From sequence record MZ422438.1: a stretch of 64,000 nucleotides of DNA; one strand, 5' to 3'. A program made the translations under genes and the position numbers. Below, piece after piece: positions 19,544-29,806 of the stretch (the stretch's first letter is position 1; each line of letters starts with the position of its first letter). The notes under the pieces were generated by a model. That model saw only the letters and a program-made list of their open reading frames with translations. It was not told the DNA's origin and did not search any database.

Positions 19544-22306
19544 TTATTTTTCTGCATTAAAAATAATAGTTTTATTTTCCATAAATACAGTATCTTCAAT
19601 ATCAATGCTTGGATTCTTCGTTAAAATTAAATCCACGTCAGAAGTATGGAATTCATCATTATGGCTAATCACAAATATTTGTTCCATATTTAAATAATCT
19701 GTTTGTAGATCCAATACTTCCATAAACTTACGTCTATTATTTGTATCTAATGTAGCATCAACTTCGTCTAAATATATAATGTTATACCCTGAAGATACGG
19801 TTTCAATCATTGACAATGATAATGATAAACTAGTGATTGCAGTTTCACCTTGAGAACTTAACTTAATATCTGAAAGATCAGTTCCGTTATCTTTAAAGAC
19901 CCTTATAAAGAAATCTTTTTCAGTGATATCAAAACGTATACTAAATGATTCACCGTAAGCAACTTTTAATAAGTTATTTGTATCAGACGCAATCTTTTTA
20001 AGATAATTATCAATAAATATTAATGGAATACCTTTCTTAGGATCTAATGATTCTTTAATAGTTTTAAAGTCATCATATACTTTTTCAATACTAGATAGTT
20101 TATCGGTAATATTTGTTGCAATATTAAGTCTTTTTTCATTATCTTCTAATTTATTCTTAACTTCAGATAATGCGTTATTATTAATATTGATAGACGTTTC
20201 AGTATTATTTAATAGATCATTATTATTTTCTAATGTTTTTAGTCTGGATGTAATATCATTATAAACTGAATCGTATACTTCTTTTTTATTAAGAATACTT
20301 TCATAGTTTGATCTCAGATCTTTAAGAATATTCAGTATATCCAATCGTTTAGATACTGTTTTAATATTCTTATCATATTGATCTATTGATTCATTATTAT
20401 CTTTAATACTTGAAGATAATTTTTCTTCTTCCAAAGTACTAGATTTCAATAGTTCTTCATACTCATTATATGATTCACGCATGATATTGTAATTTTCAAT
20501 AGACCCTTTAATATTATCAATAAGATTGGATACTTTGTCTCGGTTGTTGATATTATTAATTAGATCAATATATAAATTAGGTAGTTTTACAAGACTATTT
20601 TCAATATGATCACGGTTTGGTAAAAATAAGTCATCCTCATTTAAATTAATAATGCTTGCAATATTACGAATATTATTAAATTTAGGTAGAACTTCTTGAC
20701 GATATTTATCAAAATATTTAATAATATTTGACAAATTACTGATATTATTATTAGTTTCTATTCGATCTTTTTCTAAATTACTTAAGGTATTTTCTAATTC
20801 ATCCAACTTAGGATATTCATTCTCTTTATATTCTAAAGCAATTTGAATAAAAGGACAACTATCAATATTACATGCTTCAGGTCTTCTATCTAGTGTTGTT
20901 AGTAAATTAGATCTACTATTAATATCACTAATATTTTTATTGACTTCCAGAATTTGAGATTCGATATCATTCATTTTGGAATCATTAGATTTAAACATAC
21001 TTAGATAATATTCGTAGTTGTCAAAAGTAATATTATCGTCTTCAAAGTAAGTACTTTCATCCATACTCATAAGATTTCTTAGAGAGTCCAGAAGATTACC
21101 AGTTTGATGAATACTATTATACATATTATTGTCATTCATAATAGATTCAACATTTTCCATACTAGTTTCATTCAATAAAGAATTTATATTCTTATTAACT
21201 TCAGTCAGATATTCTTCATTTTTTTCTAATTCGTCATAATACTTTTCAGGATTAAATTCTTTAAACGAATATATTTTATTACGGTAAAGACTAATATTTT
21301 CCCTAATTTTCTTTAATCGGTCTTCAGAATCAGTATTTTTTTCCTTTAATGAATTTCTCGATGTTTCTTCTTTGATTAATTTTTCTGTAAATTGTTGATG
21401 TTTATTATAAATATCATCACTTGTATATTTTTCTAATGCTGGAAATTGAGAATATATATTCTGTAATCCTTGGTAAGATTCATCAAGACTCGTATTAATT
21501 GTATTAATAGTATTATTAAATTGGTCAATCGATTTATTAATATCTATTTCATCAATAGGTAGATTTAGTTCATTTAATTTTTCTTTAATAAAAGAACTAT
21601 CCATATCAATATTATATTTAGTAATTGTTCTTTGTTCGTTTAAACGTTCTTTTTCAGATTCTAATGATTTAATATTATTGGTTAATTCTTCTTTATTTTC
21701 TTTTATAGTATTAATATCATCATACTTAGAAAGATCAGAATTTAATGTCTTAAGATTTTTATCTAAAAAAGATAATTTATCTTTAATAACATTAAATCTT
21801 TCTAAATAATCATCCATAGAAGGTATAAACTTATATAAATAATCCTTACGTTCGGCAGTTTTATAATCAATAAAGTTATTCATATTATTACCTAATCTAG
21901 CAACTGTCATATAATCTTTAGTAATTCCAAGCTCAGTACTTACAATTTCTTCAAAACCACGAATTCCACCATTTTCATTTAATTCCGTACCATTCTTAGA
22001 AATAAATGACTTATTATGAGAAGAATTATCACCATAATAATGTTTAATAATATACTTATCATTATAATTAATATAATGAATTTCTTTATATCCTTTAGTA
22101 TCTGGAATAATAATGTTATTTCTAGAGTCATTTGTACCACGGTAAGGATTCAATGCGGAAAGAATAACTGTTTTACCAGAACCATTAGAACCAATTAACA
22201 TAATTATTTTATTTTTAGAATGGGAGAAATCAATTTCAATTGACTCTTTTCCCATTCCAGCATATATTCCGATAAAGTTTACTAATTTTAAATATGTTAT
22301 TTTCAA
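19544..22306 (-). CDS. SbcC/Rad50-like SMC-family ATPase
   Basis: Walker A GSNGSGKT, long coiled coil with hook-like CNIDSCPF, signature LSSQGE, Walker B IIYLDEVD, H-loop FVISH. Confidence 0.9.
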   Translation of the reverse strand: MKITYLKLVNFIGIYAGMGKESIEIDFSHSKNKIIMLIGSNGSGKTVILSALNPYRGTNDSRNNIIIPDTKGYKEIHYINYNDKYIIKHYYGDNSSHNKSFISKNGTELNENGGIRGFEEIVSTELGITKDYMTVARLGNNMNNFIDYKTAERKDYLYKFIPSMDDYLERFNVIKDKLSFLDKNLKTLNSDLSKYDDINTIKENKEELTNNIKSLESEKERLNEQRTITKYNIDMDSSFIKEKLNELNLPIDEIDINKSIDQFNNTINTINTSLDESYQGLQNIYSQFPALEKYTSDDIYNKHQQFTEKLIKEETSRNSLKEKNTDSEDRLKKIRENISLYRNKIYSFKEFNPEKYYDELEKNEEYLTEVNKNINSLLNETSMENVESIMNDNNMYNSIHQTGNLLDSLRNLMSMDESTYFEDDNITFDNYEYYLSMFKSNDSKMNDIESQILEVNKNISDINSRSNLLTTLDRRPEACNIDSCPFIQIALEYKENEYPKLDELENTLSNLEKDRIETNNNISNLSNIIKYFDKYRQEVLPKFNNIRNIASIINLNEDDLFLPNRDHIENSLVKLPNLYIDLINNINNRDKVSNLIDNIKGSIENYNIMRESYNEYEELLKSSTLEEEKLSSSIKDNNESIDQYDKNIKTVSKRLDILNILKDLRSNYESILNKKEVYDSVYNDITSRLKTLENNNDLLNNTETSININNNALSEVKNKLEDNEKRLNIATNITDKLSSIEKVYDDFKTIKESLDPKKGIPLIFIDNYLKKIASDTNNLLKVAYGESFSIRFDITEKDFFIRVFKDNGTDLSDIKLSSQGETAITSLSLSLSMIETVSSGYNIIYLDEVDATLDTNNRRKFMEVLDLQTDYLNMEQIFVISHNDEFHTSDVDLILTKNPSIDIEDTVFMENKTIIFNAEK

Positions 22307-22328
22307 GATATCACATCTTTCTAATTAT

Positions 22329-22934
22329 TTAATCTTTTCTAGACAAACTAAAACTAAATTTAATCTTATTACTAGCGGCATTATAAATAAAGTTTGTAAT
22401 TACATCGTTAGGAGATTCATTATTCTTTTTACATGACTTAACAAAATCTTCATAAATATCATATCTACAATTTAGTAATAGCGTTTCAGGAATGAAATCA
22501 ATGATTTCCATATTCTGAATATTCATTTCTTCAGTAATACCATTATTATCAATATAATTTAGTATAAATAATTCAATAAGATTATAATCAGAGTTATTTA
22601 AGATTCCTGAATAAATTAGATCTTTTTCACGATTAGTATAATTATCAATATACTTCTTAGGAATAATAACCCTAATATTTTTTCTAGGTTTATCAAAAAT
22701 AACTAAATTGATCTTTGTATTATCATGACCAAAAAGATTATTAGATTTTTCATAATCTACAACTTCTGTAAATTGCTGATATGACTTACAATGATAACAG
22801 TTAATTGTTTTGATATGATCAACCGCTTTATTGATCGATACTTTTCTTTGAATCATTACTTTATTACCACAATTGTTACATATTAGAGTACATGGTTTTG
22901 TATTATATAATGAATTTGCGTTATTTTTTGTCAT
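22329..22934 (-). CDS. Hypothetical protein with N-terminal zinc ribbon
   Basis: CNNCG...CYHCK; C-terminus resembles a ribbon-helix-helix (inference). Confidence 0.65.
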   Translation of the reverse strand: MTKNNANSLYNTKPCTLICNNCGNKVMIQRKVSINKAVDHIKTINCYHCKSYQQFTEVVDYEKSNNLFGHDNTKINLVIFDKPRKNIRVIIPKKYIDNYTNREKDLIYSGILNNSDYNLIELFILNYIDNNGITEEMNIQNMEIIDFIPETLLLNCRYDIYEDFVKSCKKNNESPNDVITNFIYNAASNKIKFSFSLSRKD

Positions 22935-23676
22935 GAGAAATCACCCATTCATCCATAACACTAATATAATCTTTATTCTTAATATCTAGAAATTCATTAT
23001 ATAATTTATCAAAATCTGGATAAAATTCTTCTTTTTTACTTTTAACACGATTAATAACATCATTATAATTTGGTGAAAATAATAGATCTCGAATATCCCT
23101 AAGACTATGATACGGCAAATTTTCTTTCTTTACGCTATTATACATTACTTGTGCCATGTTCATACTTCTTTCATGATTATAATCAATTTTTCGAATAATT
23201 CCAAATTTTCTAGTCTTCAAATCAAAGCAAACCATATTTCGAATATGATTATTGTACTTAGTACTATATAACATATCTTCTTTAACTTGTTCTGAAATAA
23301 AATCATTAGTTGTTAGTTTAATAGGTGCTTCTAAATCTTTTCTATCCACTACAATTTTATTTTTTTCAGATTGATAATAATTATATACGCCATAAGAATC
23401 ATTTTTACCATAATTCGAGATAGTTCTAATATTAAAAACCGCTCTTAATAATAAATTATCAGTACTGCTAAATTCATATGATAACTGTAAATTGAAATCT
23501 CTTGCATTTTTTTCCACATCTGAAGCAAACTTTAAAAATTTTAGAGCTTCACCACTAATATATGATGTAGTAGTTTTATCTCTAGCTTCATTATATCTAT
23601 TTAAGTTTGCATTAATTGTGGATCTAATTATCTTTGATAATGTACCATTTACATCATTTACATTAAAATTTTTCAT
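22921..23676 (-). CDS. Hypothetical protein (paralog family with 5160-5975 and 23699-24436)
   Basis: 251 aa ORF; shared N-terminal and K.G(I/V)(I/V) motifs. Confidence 0.7.
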   Translation of the reverse strand: MKNFNVNDVNGTLSKIIRSTINANLNRYNEARDKTTTSYISGEALKFLKFASDVEKNARDFNLQLSYEFSSTDNLLLRAVFNIRTISNYGKNDSYGVYNYYQSEKNKIVVDRKDLEAPIKLTTNDFISEQVKEDMLYSTKYNNHIRNMVCFDLKTRKFGIIRKIDYNHERSMNMAQVMYNSVKKENLPYHSLRDIRDLLFSPNYNDVINRVKSKKEEFYPDFDKLYNEFLDIKNKDYISVMDEWVISHDKK

Positions 23677-23698
23677 GAAAATCTCTCCATTCTATTTT

Positions 23699-24436
23699 TT
23701 ATAAATATTCATAATTGAGAATAATTCTTTTATTTCTTAAATCACTAATACGATCAATATTGATTCCTAATCGGTTACAGTGTTCTAAGCTTGAAAGAAT
23801 TCTAATATCTTTATTGATTGATTCGATATCTTTTATTGTAGTATTTTCTTTTCTGGAAGCATATAATAAAATTGATTCAGGGTCATTTGAAAAGATATTT
23901 TGATTGATCCATCTATTATATCGATTATTAATAATATTGGACGTTGTATTCACAGTAGTAATAGATTCTTTGGAATCAATATTTCTTACAATACCTACTC
24001 TTTTTTGTGGAGAATTATAAGTAAAAACAATATCGTTACTAATACTTTCTGGAGAAACTATTCTGCTATTATTAACAGTAAATTTACTATTAGTTCTACG
24101 TGTTAATAATTTATAACTATTCCGTTTATTTACGTTATAATCTAAATCATCACTAATCTGAAATGATACATATGAAATTAATCCACCAATATTATTAAAC
24201 GCAGGAATTAATAAGAGATCACTATATTCAGATGAAATCTTTCTTACGTTATTATCAATACGTCTTTTAATTGTTTCTAATGCTGAAATCATTTCCCCTT
24301 TAGCGTATAATTTATAATACTGCTTAATAAGAATGTTAATAAATTTGATTGTTTCTTTAATTTCAGTTGTAGGAATTAATAAATTATGATAATTATTATT
24401 CCTATAAGTTTTTCTTTCTTTAATACTAGTTGACAT
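23699..24436 (-). CDS. Hypothetical protein (same paralog family)
   Basis: 245 aa ORF; TATATTAT motif at 24523-24530 upstream. Confidence 0.7.
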   Translation of the reverse strand: MSTSIKERKTYRNNNYHNLLIPTTEIKETIKFINILIKQYYKLYAKGEMISALETIKRRIDNNVRKISSEYSDLLLIPAFNNIGGLISYVSFQISDDLDYNVNKRNSYKLLTRRTNSKFTVNNSRIVSPESISNDIVFTYNSPQKRVGIVRNIDSKESITTVNTTSNIINNRYNRWINQNIFSNDPESILLYASRKENTTIKDIESINKDIRILSSLEHCNRLGINIDRISDLRNKRIILNYEYL

Positions 24437-24560
24437 TAAAAATCATCCTTTCAAAATTATTATTATAATGACTATGTAATATTGACATAAATTAATTCTC
24501 ATGTCATTACATAGTCATTATAATAATATATAAATATAGTTAAAGTTGAAAGGTAATTTT

Positions 24561-25370
24561 TTATTCTTCTATTTCTACATAACTGAATTCTGAATTATCA
24601 GAGAATATTACGCCTACTTCATTATCGTCTTCATCATAAAGAGATTCAATTATTCGGTTATTAGCTAAATATGAATCAATTACTTCATTATTCATTTCAT
24701 TAGAAGAGTATACTGTTTGATCTTCATCTAAGAATATTGGTTCTGAAGTATTAATATCTACGCACATTACATATCCAATACTTTCTAAATAGTCCACAAA
24801 GTTCTCGGAATCATCTTCAACAATTACCACAGATTCAGTCTTTTTCCCTTTTTCGTTAACCGATTTTTTAGCATCATTATTCTTAATAGCATTTAGTCTT
24901 TCTTCAATGAGTTTATCATAATCTTGTTCTTCAACTTCATTTTCATTATCTTCGTTATTATCATTTTCTAAGTTTTCATCTACAACTTTTTGAAGGTCTT
25001 TTCGGTTTGTATTTAATAATTCATTTACAATTCCTTTAATAATTAAACTTTGATCCCCATTAATATCGCTGTCTTTATTATTAATATTGTATTCTTTAAT
25101 CTTAATATCTGCCATTTTAACTTTAAGATCCGACATTGCTTTAATTAATTGCATCTTCATTGTCTTAAGACTAATCAGGTTAGATGTCTGGTCCGTAACA
25201 AACCTTGGGTCTGTCTTCATTCTAGAATTTTGTGCCTTACTTCCCCTATCAAAATAACCTTCAGAATAAGTATATAATTCATCAATAGATGATAATTCTT
25301 TTTTAAGCATATTATATTCATCAATAAGTTCTGGATCTATTGAAAATTTAGGTTTATTTTGTTCTTCCAT
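24561..25370 (-). CDS. Hypothetical protein (coiled-coil N-terminus, acidic C-terminus)
   Basis: 269 aa ORF directly after an RNAP subunit gene. Confidence 0.7.
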   Translation of the reverse strand: MEEQNKPKFSIDPELIDEYNMLKKELSSIDELYTYSEGYFDRGSKAQNSRMKTDPRFVTDQTSNLISLKTMKMQLIKAMSDLKVKMADIKIKEYNINNKDSDINGDQSLIIKGIVNELLNTNRKDLQKVVDENLENDNNEDNENEVEEQDYDKLIEERLNAIKNNDAKKSVNEKGKKTESVVIVEDDSENFVDYLESIGYVMCVDINTSEPIFLDEDQTVYSSNEMNNEVIDSYLANNRIIESLYDEDDNEVGVIFSDNSEFSYVEIEE

Positions 25371-25388
25371 ATATTTAATTTCACCTAC

Positions 25389-26900
25389 CTATTTTGTAAG
25401 AGTATATAGTGATAATACTGCTTCATTACCAACTTTACTTATCGATTCACCTTGTTGGGATAATATATTTGTTTTTGCATTAATCAATTGATCTGCTTCT
25501 TTATTTGCTTCAGCACTGAATACCCCACGAATTGAAAGCGTATCCCCATCATAATCAGCACCTAGAGCAGCAGTTAATGAGTTATTAATAACTAATGAAT
25601 CAGTAAAATAATTTTCTGCTACTGGATAGTCTGGAAAAATGATTGGATAGTTTTCCAGATATCTATCTTCAATTTTTCGATATTCAGTATCATTAGTGCT
25701 TAGCACAACAATCTTTGAAGGGAAGATGCTTTGATAATTATCTACTGGATATCGAGTACAATACACATGTTTATCAGAAGTAATATCAATAGCTGCAATA
25801 TACAATAAATCTGTTATTGTAAAGTTTCTATCAAGATCAGTATGAAATACTTCTACTGGATATTCATTACCTTTGTCGTCTTTAACCGTAATTGCTTTAA
25901 ATCTAGCAGGTATATTCTTAATAAAGTTACTTACTAACTTATTAATATCTTTATCGGTAAATTGATTTTTTACATTATCAATAAAGACATCTTCACCTTT
26001 TTTATTCTTTACATTTGAAAATTCTTCAATATGGATATCAATAAAGTCATTAATATATTTTACAAAGAATGGAAAGAATAATGCACATACCTGACTTAAT
26101 GGAATGCCTACGGTCCCAAATTTTATTTCTGTATCGTCCCATCTATTTGTGTTTGATCTAGGAGCAGAGATTACTGATCTAGTTGCATAATCAATGGATT
26201 TTCCTAATAGACCCCTATGCACTAAGCCGTTCTTACCAGAAATATAGTCGATAAATGTTTTATATACGTCATATATAATTGTCTGCATTTGAGATTCGGT
26301 ATTTGTTCGGACAAAGCTAAACGATGATTCACCATCTAGACTAGAACCAAAACGAATTAGTTTAGCGTATAGATCATTAATCTCATCTACGTCTGCTATT
26401 CTTCCGGCTTTTGATGTGTTTGGATTGAAGTCTCTTAAGAATGGGGGAATAACGATAAATTTATTTATAAATAATGTATCTTTATCAAATTTTTCAATAA
26501 TATTTAGTTTACTATCACGTTGTAAACTTTCTGTTTTTTTGAATGATAATTTTTCAAAATTATTGTATAAGAAACTTACACCGGTTTCTCCGTTTACATC
26601 ATCCTCAACTAGTTGACCATCTTTAATGGTAAAATATTTTAAACCACTAATACATTCTTCAATTCTTTTATCTAAAGATATGATTAATTTATATACTACT
26701 GGGTGAAATATTCTGGTATTTAAATCAATATATGCAAACTGATTTGATCTCGATTTAGACCCGATTTCTCCAAATATTTCATAACTAAACAATCCATCTT
26801 CAGTAGGATAATTCGATTGATTAAAAAATATTGGGTTTGTTATTTTTGGTAAGTTATTTTGTTTTACTACATTATCGATATCTAACAAATTTATTTTCAA
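25389..26900 (-). CDS. Multisubunit RNA polymerase beta' N-terminal fragment with catalytic loop (probably virion RNAP)
   Basis: DGLFSYEIFG, GLLGKSIDYATRSVI, TRYP, GADYDGD; virion vs non-virion assignment is inference. Confidence 0.88.
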   Translation of the reverse strand: MKINLLDIDNVVKQNNLPKITNPIFFNQSNYPTEDGLFSYEIFGEIGSKSRSNQFAYIDLNTRIFHPVVYKLIISLDKRIEECISGLKYFTIKDGQLVEDDVNGETGVSFLYNNFEKLSFKKTESLQRDSKLNIIEKFDKDTLFINKFIVIPPFLRDFNPNTSKAGRIADVDEINDLYAKLIRFGSSLDGESSFSFVRTNTESQMQTIIYDVYKTFIDYISGKNGLVHRGLLGKSIDYATRSVISAPRSNTNRWDDTEIKFGTVGIPLSQVCALFFPFFVKYINDFIDIHIEEFSNVKNKKGEDVFIDNVKNQFTDKDINKLVSNFIKNIPARFKAITVKDDKGNEYPVEVFHTDLDRNFTITDLLYIAAIDITSDKHVYCTRYPVDNYQSIFPSKIVVLSTNDTEYRKIEDRYLENYPIIFPDYPVAENYFTDSLVINNSLTAALGADYDGDTLSIRGVFSAEANKEADQLINAKTNILSQQGESISKVGNEAVLSLYTLTK

Positions 26901-26948
26901 AGATAAACAACCACCTTTCTTTTTTAGGTATCACATTTTAAGATATAA

Positions 26949-26960
26949 TAAATATTTGTT
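26949..26960 (-). promoter_or_regulatory. AACA-N6-TA late-promoter motif
   Basis: Minus strand AACAaatattTA about 50 nt upstream of the RNAP beta' gene. Confidence 0.5.
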
Positions 26961-27067
26961 TAATAATAGTATAAGTATTTAATTAAATGCAAGGATCTTA
27001 GAAAAAAAAAAATAAGAGAATAATATGTCATTATATTATTCTCTTATATACTGATTTGTCTAGTGAA

Positions 27068-27736
27068 TCAATATTCTTTAATGATATTATTATTTATAAG
27101 ATAACTTACAATAATATCGATATCAATGGCAAAATTTTCTTTATCATAAATATCTTTATTTAAAGATGTATATTCAATACATTTACTGATGATATCATCT
27201 TTACTGTATAATGATTTATCCTTATTCATTACAATCCAGATGATATCTACATTATTTGAAGTATTTTCAAAATTTCCATTATTATTCAAATCAATTAACA
27301 TTTTAAGAATAATAACAATGTATTTAATAAATTCATTTACAATGTGACCATTAGTAATAATATCATTATTATAATAATGTTGTTCGTATATTTCATAACT
27401 TTCATTAGATTCAATTTCATTAATAACAATCTTTCTAGGGTTTAGTACTTCTAGTGAAAATACATCCAATAAAAATTCTAGTCTTTTATTTAATACATGC
27501 CGATTAATTCTTGAATTCTGTTGTTGATGATTCTGAAGATCAATATTATAATATTGTTTTATCAAGTTATAAATAATATCTACAGAGGTAGTATGAATTT
27601 TATTTCTTGAAAATTTTTCATTTTTTCGATATTTATATAGGTAACTTAAAACTTTTGCATAACTGTCATCAACAACAGTCTTATTTTTACATACAATATC
27701 TTTTAATTCAGATGAGCTAATTGTTAACGATAACAT
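27068..27736 (-). CDS. Hypothetical protein
   Basis: 222 aa ORF. Confidence 0.65.
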   Translation of the reverse strand: MLSLTISSSELKDIVCKNKTVVDDSYAKVLSYLYKYRKNEKFSRNKIHTTSVDIIYNLIKQYYNIDLQNHQQQNSRINRHVLNKRLEFLLDVFSLEVLNPRKIVINEIESNESYEIYEQHYYNNDIITNGHIVNEFIKYIVIILKMLIDLNNNGNFENTSNNVDIIWIVMNKDKSLYSKDDIISKCIEYTSLNKDIYDKENFAIDIDIIVSYLINNNIIKEY

Positions 27737-27754
27737 ATAATATACCCCTTTTCT

Positions 27755-28093
27755 TTATAGTTTTATTTTAATCAATACAAAACACTTAGACATATCTAAA
27801 TGGATATCATGAATATTATACTCAGATAAGGATTTTACAATATGATCTACAATAATGTGCATTTCATTATCACTTAAGTATTTTTTATTATTTTTTCTAG
27901 ATAATAGATTAATCTTTAATGTAAATAAATTTTTATAGAAATATTTTGAAGATTTAAATAATTCTGTATTAATTGATTCTTCTAAATATTGCACATAACT
28001 ATTATTTAATAATTTTTTAGTATTAACTGTCATATATATTTGATCTTTATTAAAATTAATTTTATTTTTAAAATCTTTAAGTTTCATAATCAT
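27755..28093 (-). CDS. Hypothetical protein
   Basis: 112 aa ORF. Confidence 0.55.
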   Translation of the reverse strand: MIMKLKDFKNKINFNKDQIYMTVNTKKLLNNSYVQYLEESINTELFKSSKYFYKNLFTLKINLLSRKNNKKYLSDNEMHIIVDHIVKSLSEYNIHDIHLDMSKCFVLIKIKL

Positions 28094-28137
28094 AGAATAA
28101 TAAATCCATCCATTCGTATTTTTATTTAATGAATAAA

Positions 28138-28169
28138 ATACTCAACTAACATAAGAGTTAGTTGAGTAT
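28138..28169 (-). terminator. Terminator-like hairpin after RNAP beta' gene
   Basis: 13-bp stem ATACTCAACTAAC/GTTAGTTGAGTAT. Confidence 0.65.
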
Positions 28170-28174
28170 ATATC

Positions 28175-29488
28175 CTAGTTATTTAGTAAATATGCAGCTT
28201 GTAAAGTATCTTTATCAAGACCATAATCCCTATTAAAGTCTCCATTATTAACACTAATTATTAAATTAGAAGGTTTTATCTTTTCAAATTCTTTAACTTG
28301 TTCTTTTGAAAATAATGCAATAATATTTAATACGTCACCATCATAGTCTCCACCTAATCCGGCAAGAACATTATTACATAGGCTTAGTGTTTTATCCGAA
28401 ATATCCTTTTTAACTTTGGCAATATTCATTAATAAGATACTTGAAGTGGATATTGAAGGATTTCGATTTAGTATAATATATAAACCACCTTCAGTTTTAT
28501 TAATCAATTCTTCCATATAACGATACATTTTTTTATTAAATGTATTTTTAGTATCTATATGGAATTTTTCAGCTTCCACTAAAGAAATATTCTCTGAAGT
28601 TGAAATAAGATTAATTAATGGACCCTTATATAATTCGTGAAAAGTAATATAATTCATATATACTTCATCCATTTTACATAATGGGTCTGGAGATATAACG
28701 TTTCTTGCAGAGTAGTTAATTCGAGTACCTAAAATCTGTTTACGAATTGTTCCTCTTTTACCTTTAATATTATTTTTAATAATACTATCTACAATTTTTA
28801 ACACGTCAATCTGTACTCGATACTGTAATTTTAACTTCTGAATTTTAATATCTTCATAGATTTCTTCATCACTATTGACAATATCTTTTAACATATTTGT
28901 ATGATTGATTAAGAAATTGTAGTCATTATTTATTTCAGAAAGCCGAAATAGATTTTCTGAAGCAATTAACTGAGCCGGTCTCAATTTAGGACTAAATATT
29001 GGTAAGCAGTCAATAAACAATAATCCTTCAAAATACCAACGGATAATACGTTTATATTCTAATGAATTTTTCTGTTTTGTATCAACATACTTTTGGAGTA
29101 ATTCAATAAATCTTTCTTTAAATTCATCCAAACCGATATTCCGATCCTCAAATTCTTCATGCTCACTACCTTCTTCATCTTCTAAATCAACAATATTTCC
29201 ATTTGCATCAATACGCTTATTATACATAATCATATCAATAAATTTAGTACCATCAAATAATTTGATTAATCGATCAAACATAATAGGATTAACTACATAG
29301 TTATTCTTAAAATCTACATAACCGAAGTTATCAATATTATCCCTTTCAACTTCAGGACCATAGATTTCTTCAGAAAATATTCCATCAATAGAATATTTCT
29401 TTTCTTTTTTTGTTACTGGTTCATGGTTAGTAATAATTTTATCTTGTTCAATTAATTCCCTAAAATCGATAATCCGTACTCTAGTCAA
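28175..29488 (-). CDS. Second RNA polymerase beta' N-terminal fragment with catalytic loop (probably non-virion RNAP)
   Basis: DGIFSEEIYG, GKRGTIRKQILGTRINYSARNVI, LNRNPSI, GGDYDGD. Confidence 0.88.
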   Translation of the reverse strand: MTRVRIIDFRELIEQDKIITNHEPVTKKEKKYSIDGIFSEEIYGPEVERDNIDNFGYVDFKNNYVVNPIMFDRLIKLFDGTKFIDMIMYNKRIDANGNIVDLEDEEGSEHEEFEDRNIGLDEFKERFIELLQKYVDTKQKNSLEYKRIIRWYFEGLLFIDCLPIFSPKLRPAQLIASENLFRLSEINNDYNFLINHTNMLKDIVNSDEEIYEDIKIQKLKLQYRVQIDVLKIVDSIIKNNIKGKRGTIRKQILGTRINYSARNVISPDPLCKMDEVYMNYITFHELYKGPLINLISTSENISLVEAEKFHIDTKNTFNKKMYRYMEELINKTEGGLYIILNRNPSISTSSILLMNIAKVKKDISDKTLSLCNNVLAGLGGDYDGDVLNIIALFSKEQVKEFEKIKPSNLIISVNNGDFNRDYGLDKDTLQAAYLLNN

Positions 29489-29494
29489 AAGTAA

Positions 29495-29788
29495 TCAAGC
29501 ATCCTTTCTAACACCTTTTAGGCTTTTATCATATTCACGATTAATCATTACATCCACATATGAATAATTCTTAGCTTCCGCTTCAGATATCTCTTCTTCT
29601 GAGAATCCTGAGTTGTAGATTGTTCTTTCTTCAACAATATTATCAATAATATCCTTTTTCTTTTTATTAAATTTTGTAATAATCTTCTGATAGAAGGAGG
29701 TTTTACTGATAAATGCAGAGATCACTGTAAAAACAATTATTGTAATCATAATACATTCAAAAATAATAGTAAACATTTCCATCACCAT
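29495..29788 (-). CDS. Small membrane protein
   Basis: 97 aa with N-terminal hydrophobic helix. Confidence 0.6.
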   Translation of the reverse strand: MVMEMFTIIFECIMITIIVFTVISAFISKTSFYQKIITKFNKKKKDIIDNIVEERTIYNSGFSEEEISEAEAKNYSYVDVMINREYDKSLKGVRKDA

Positions 29789-29806
29789 TCTTTATTTATT
29801 TTTTTA

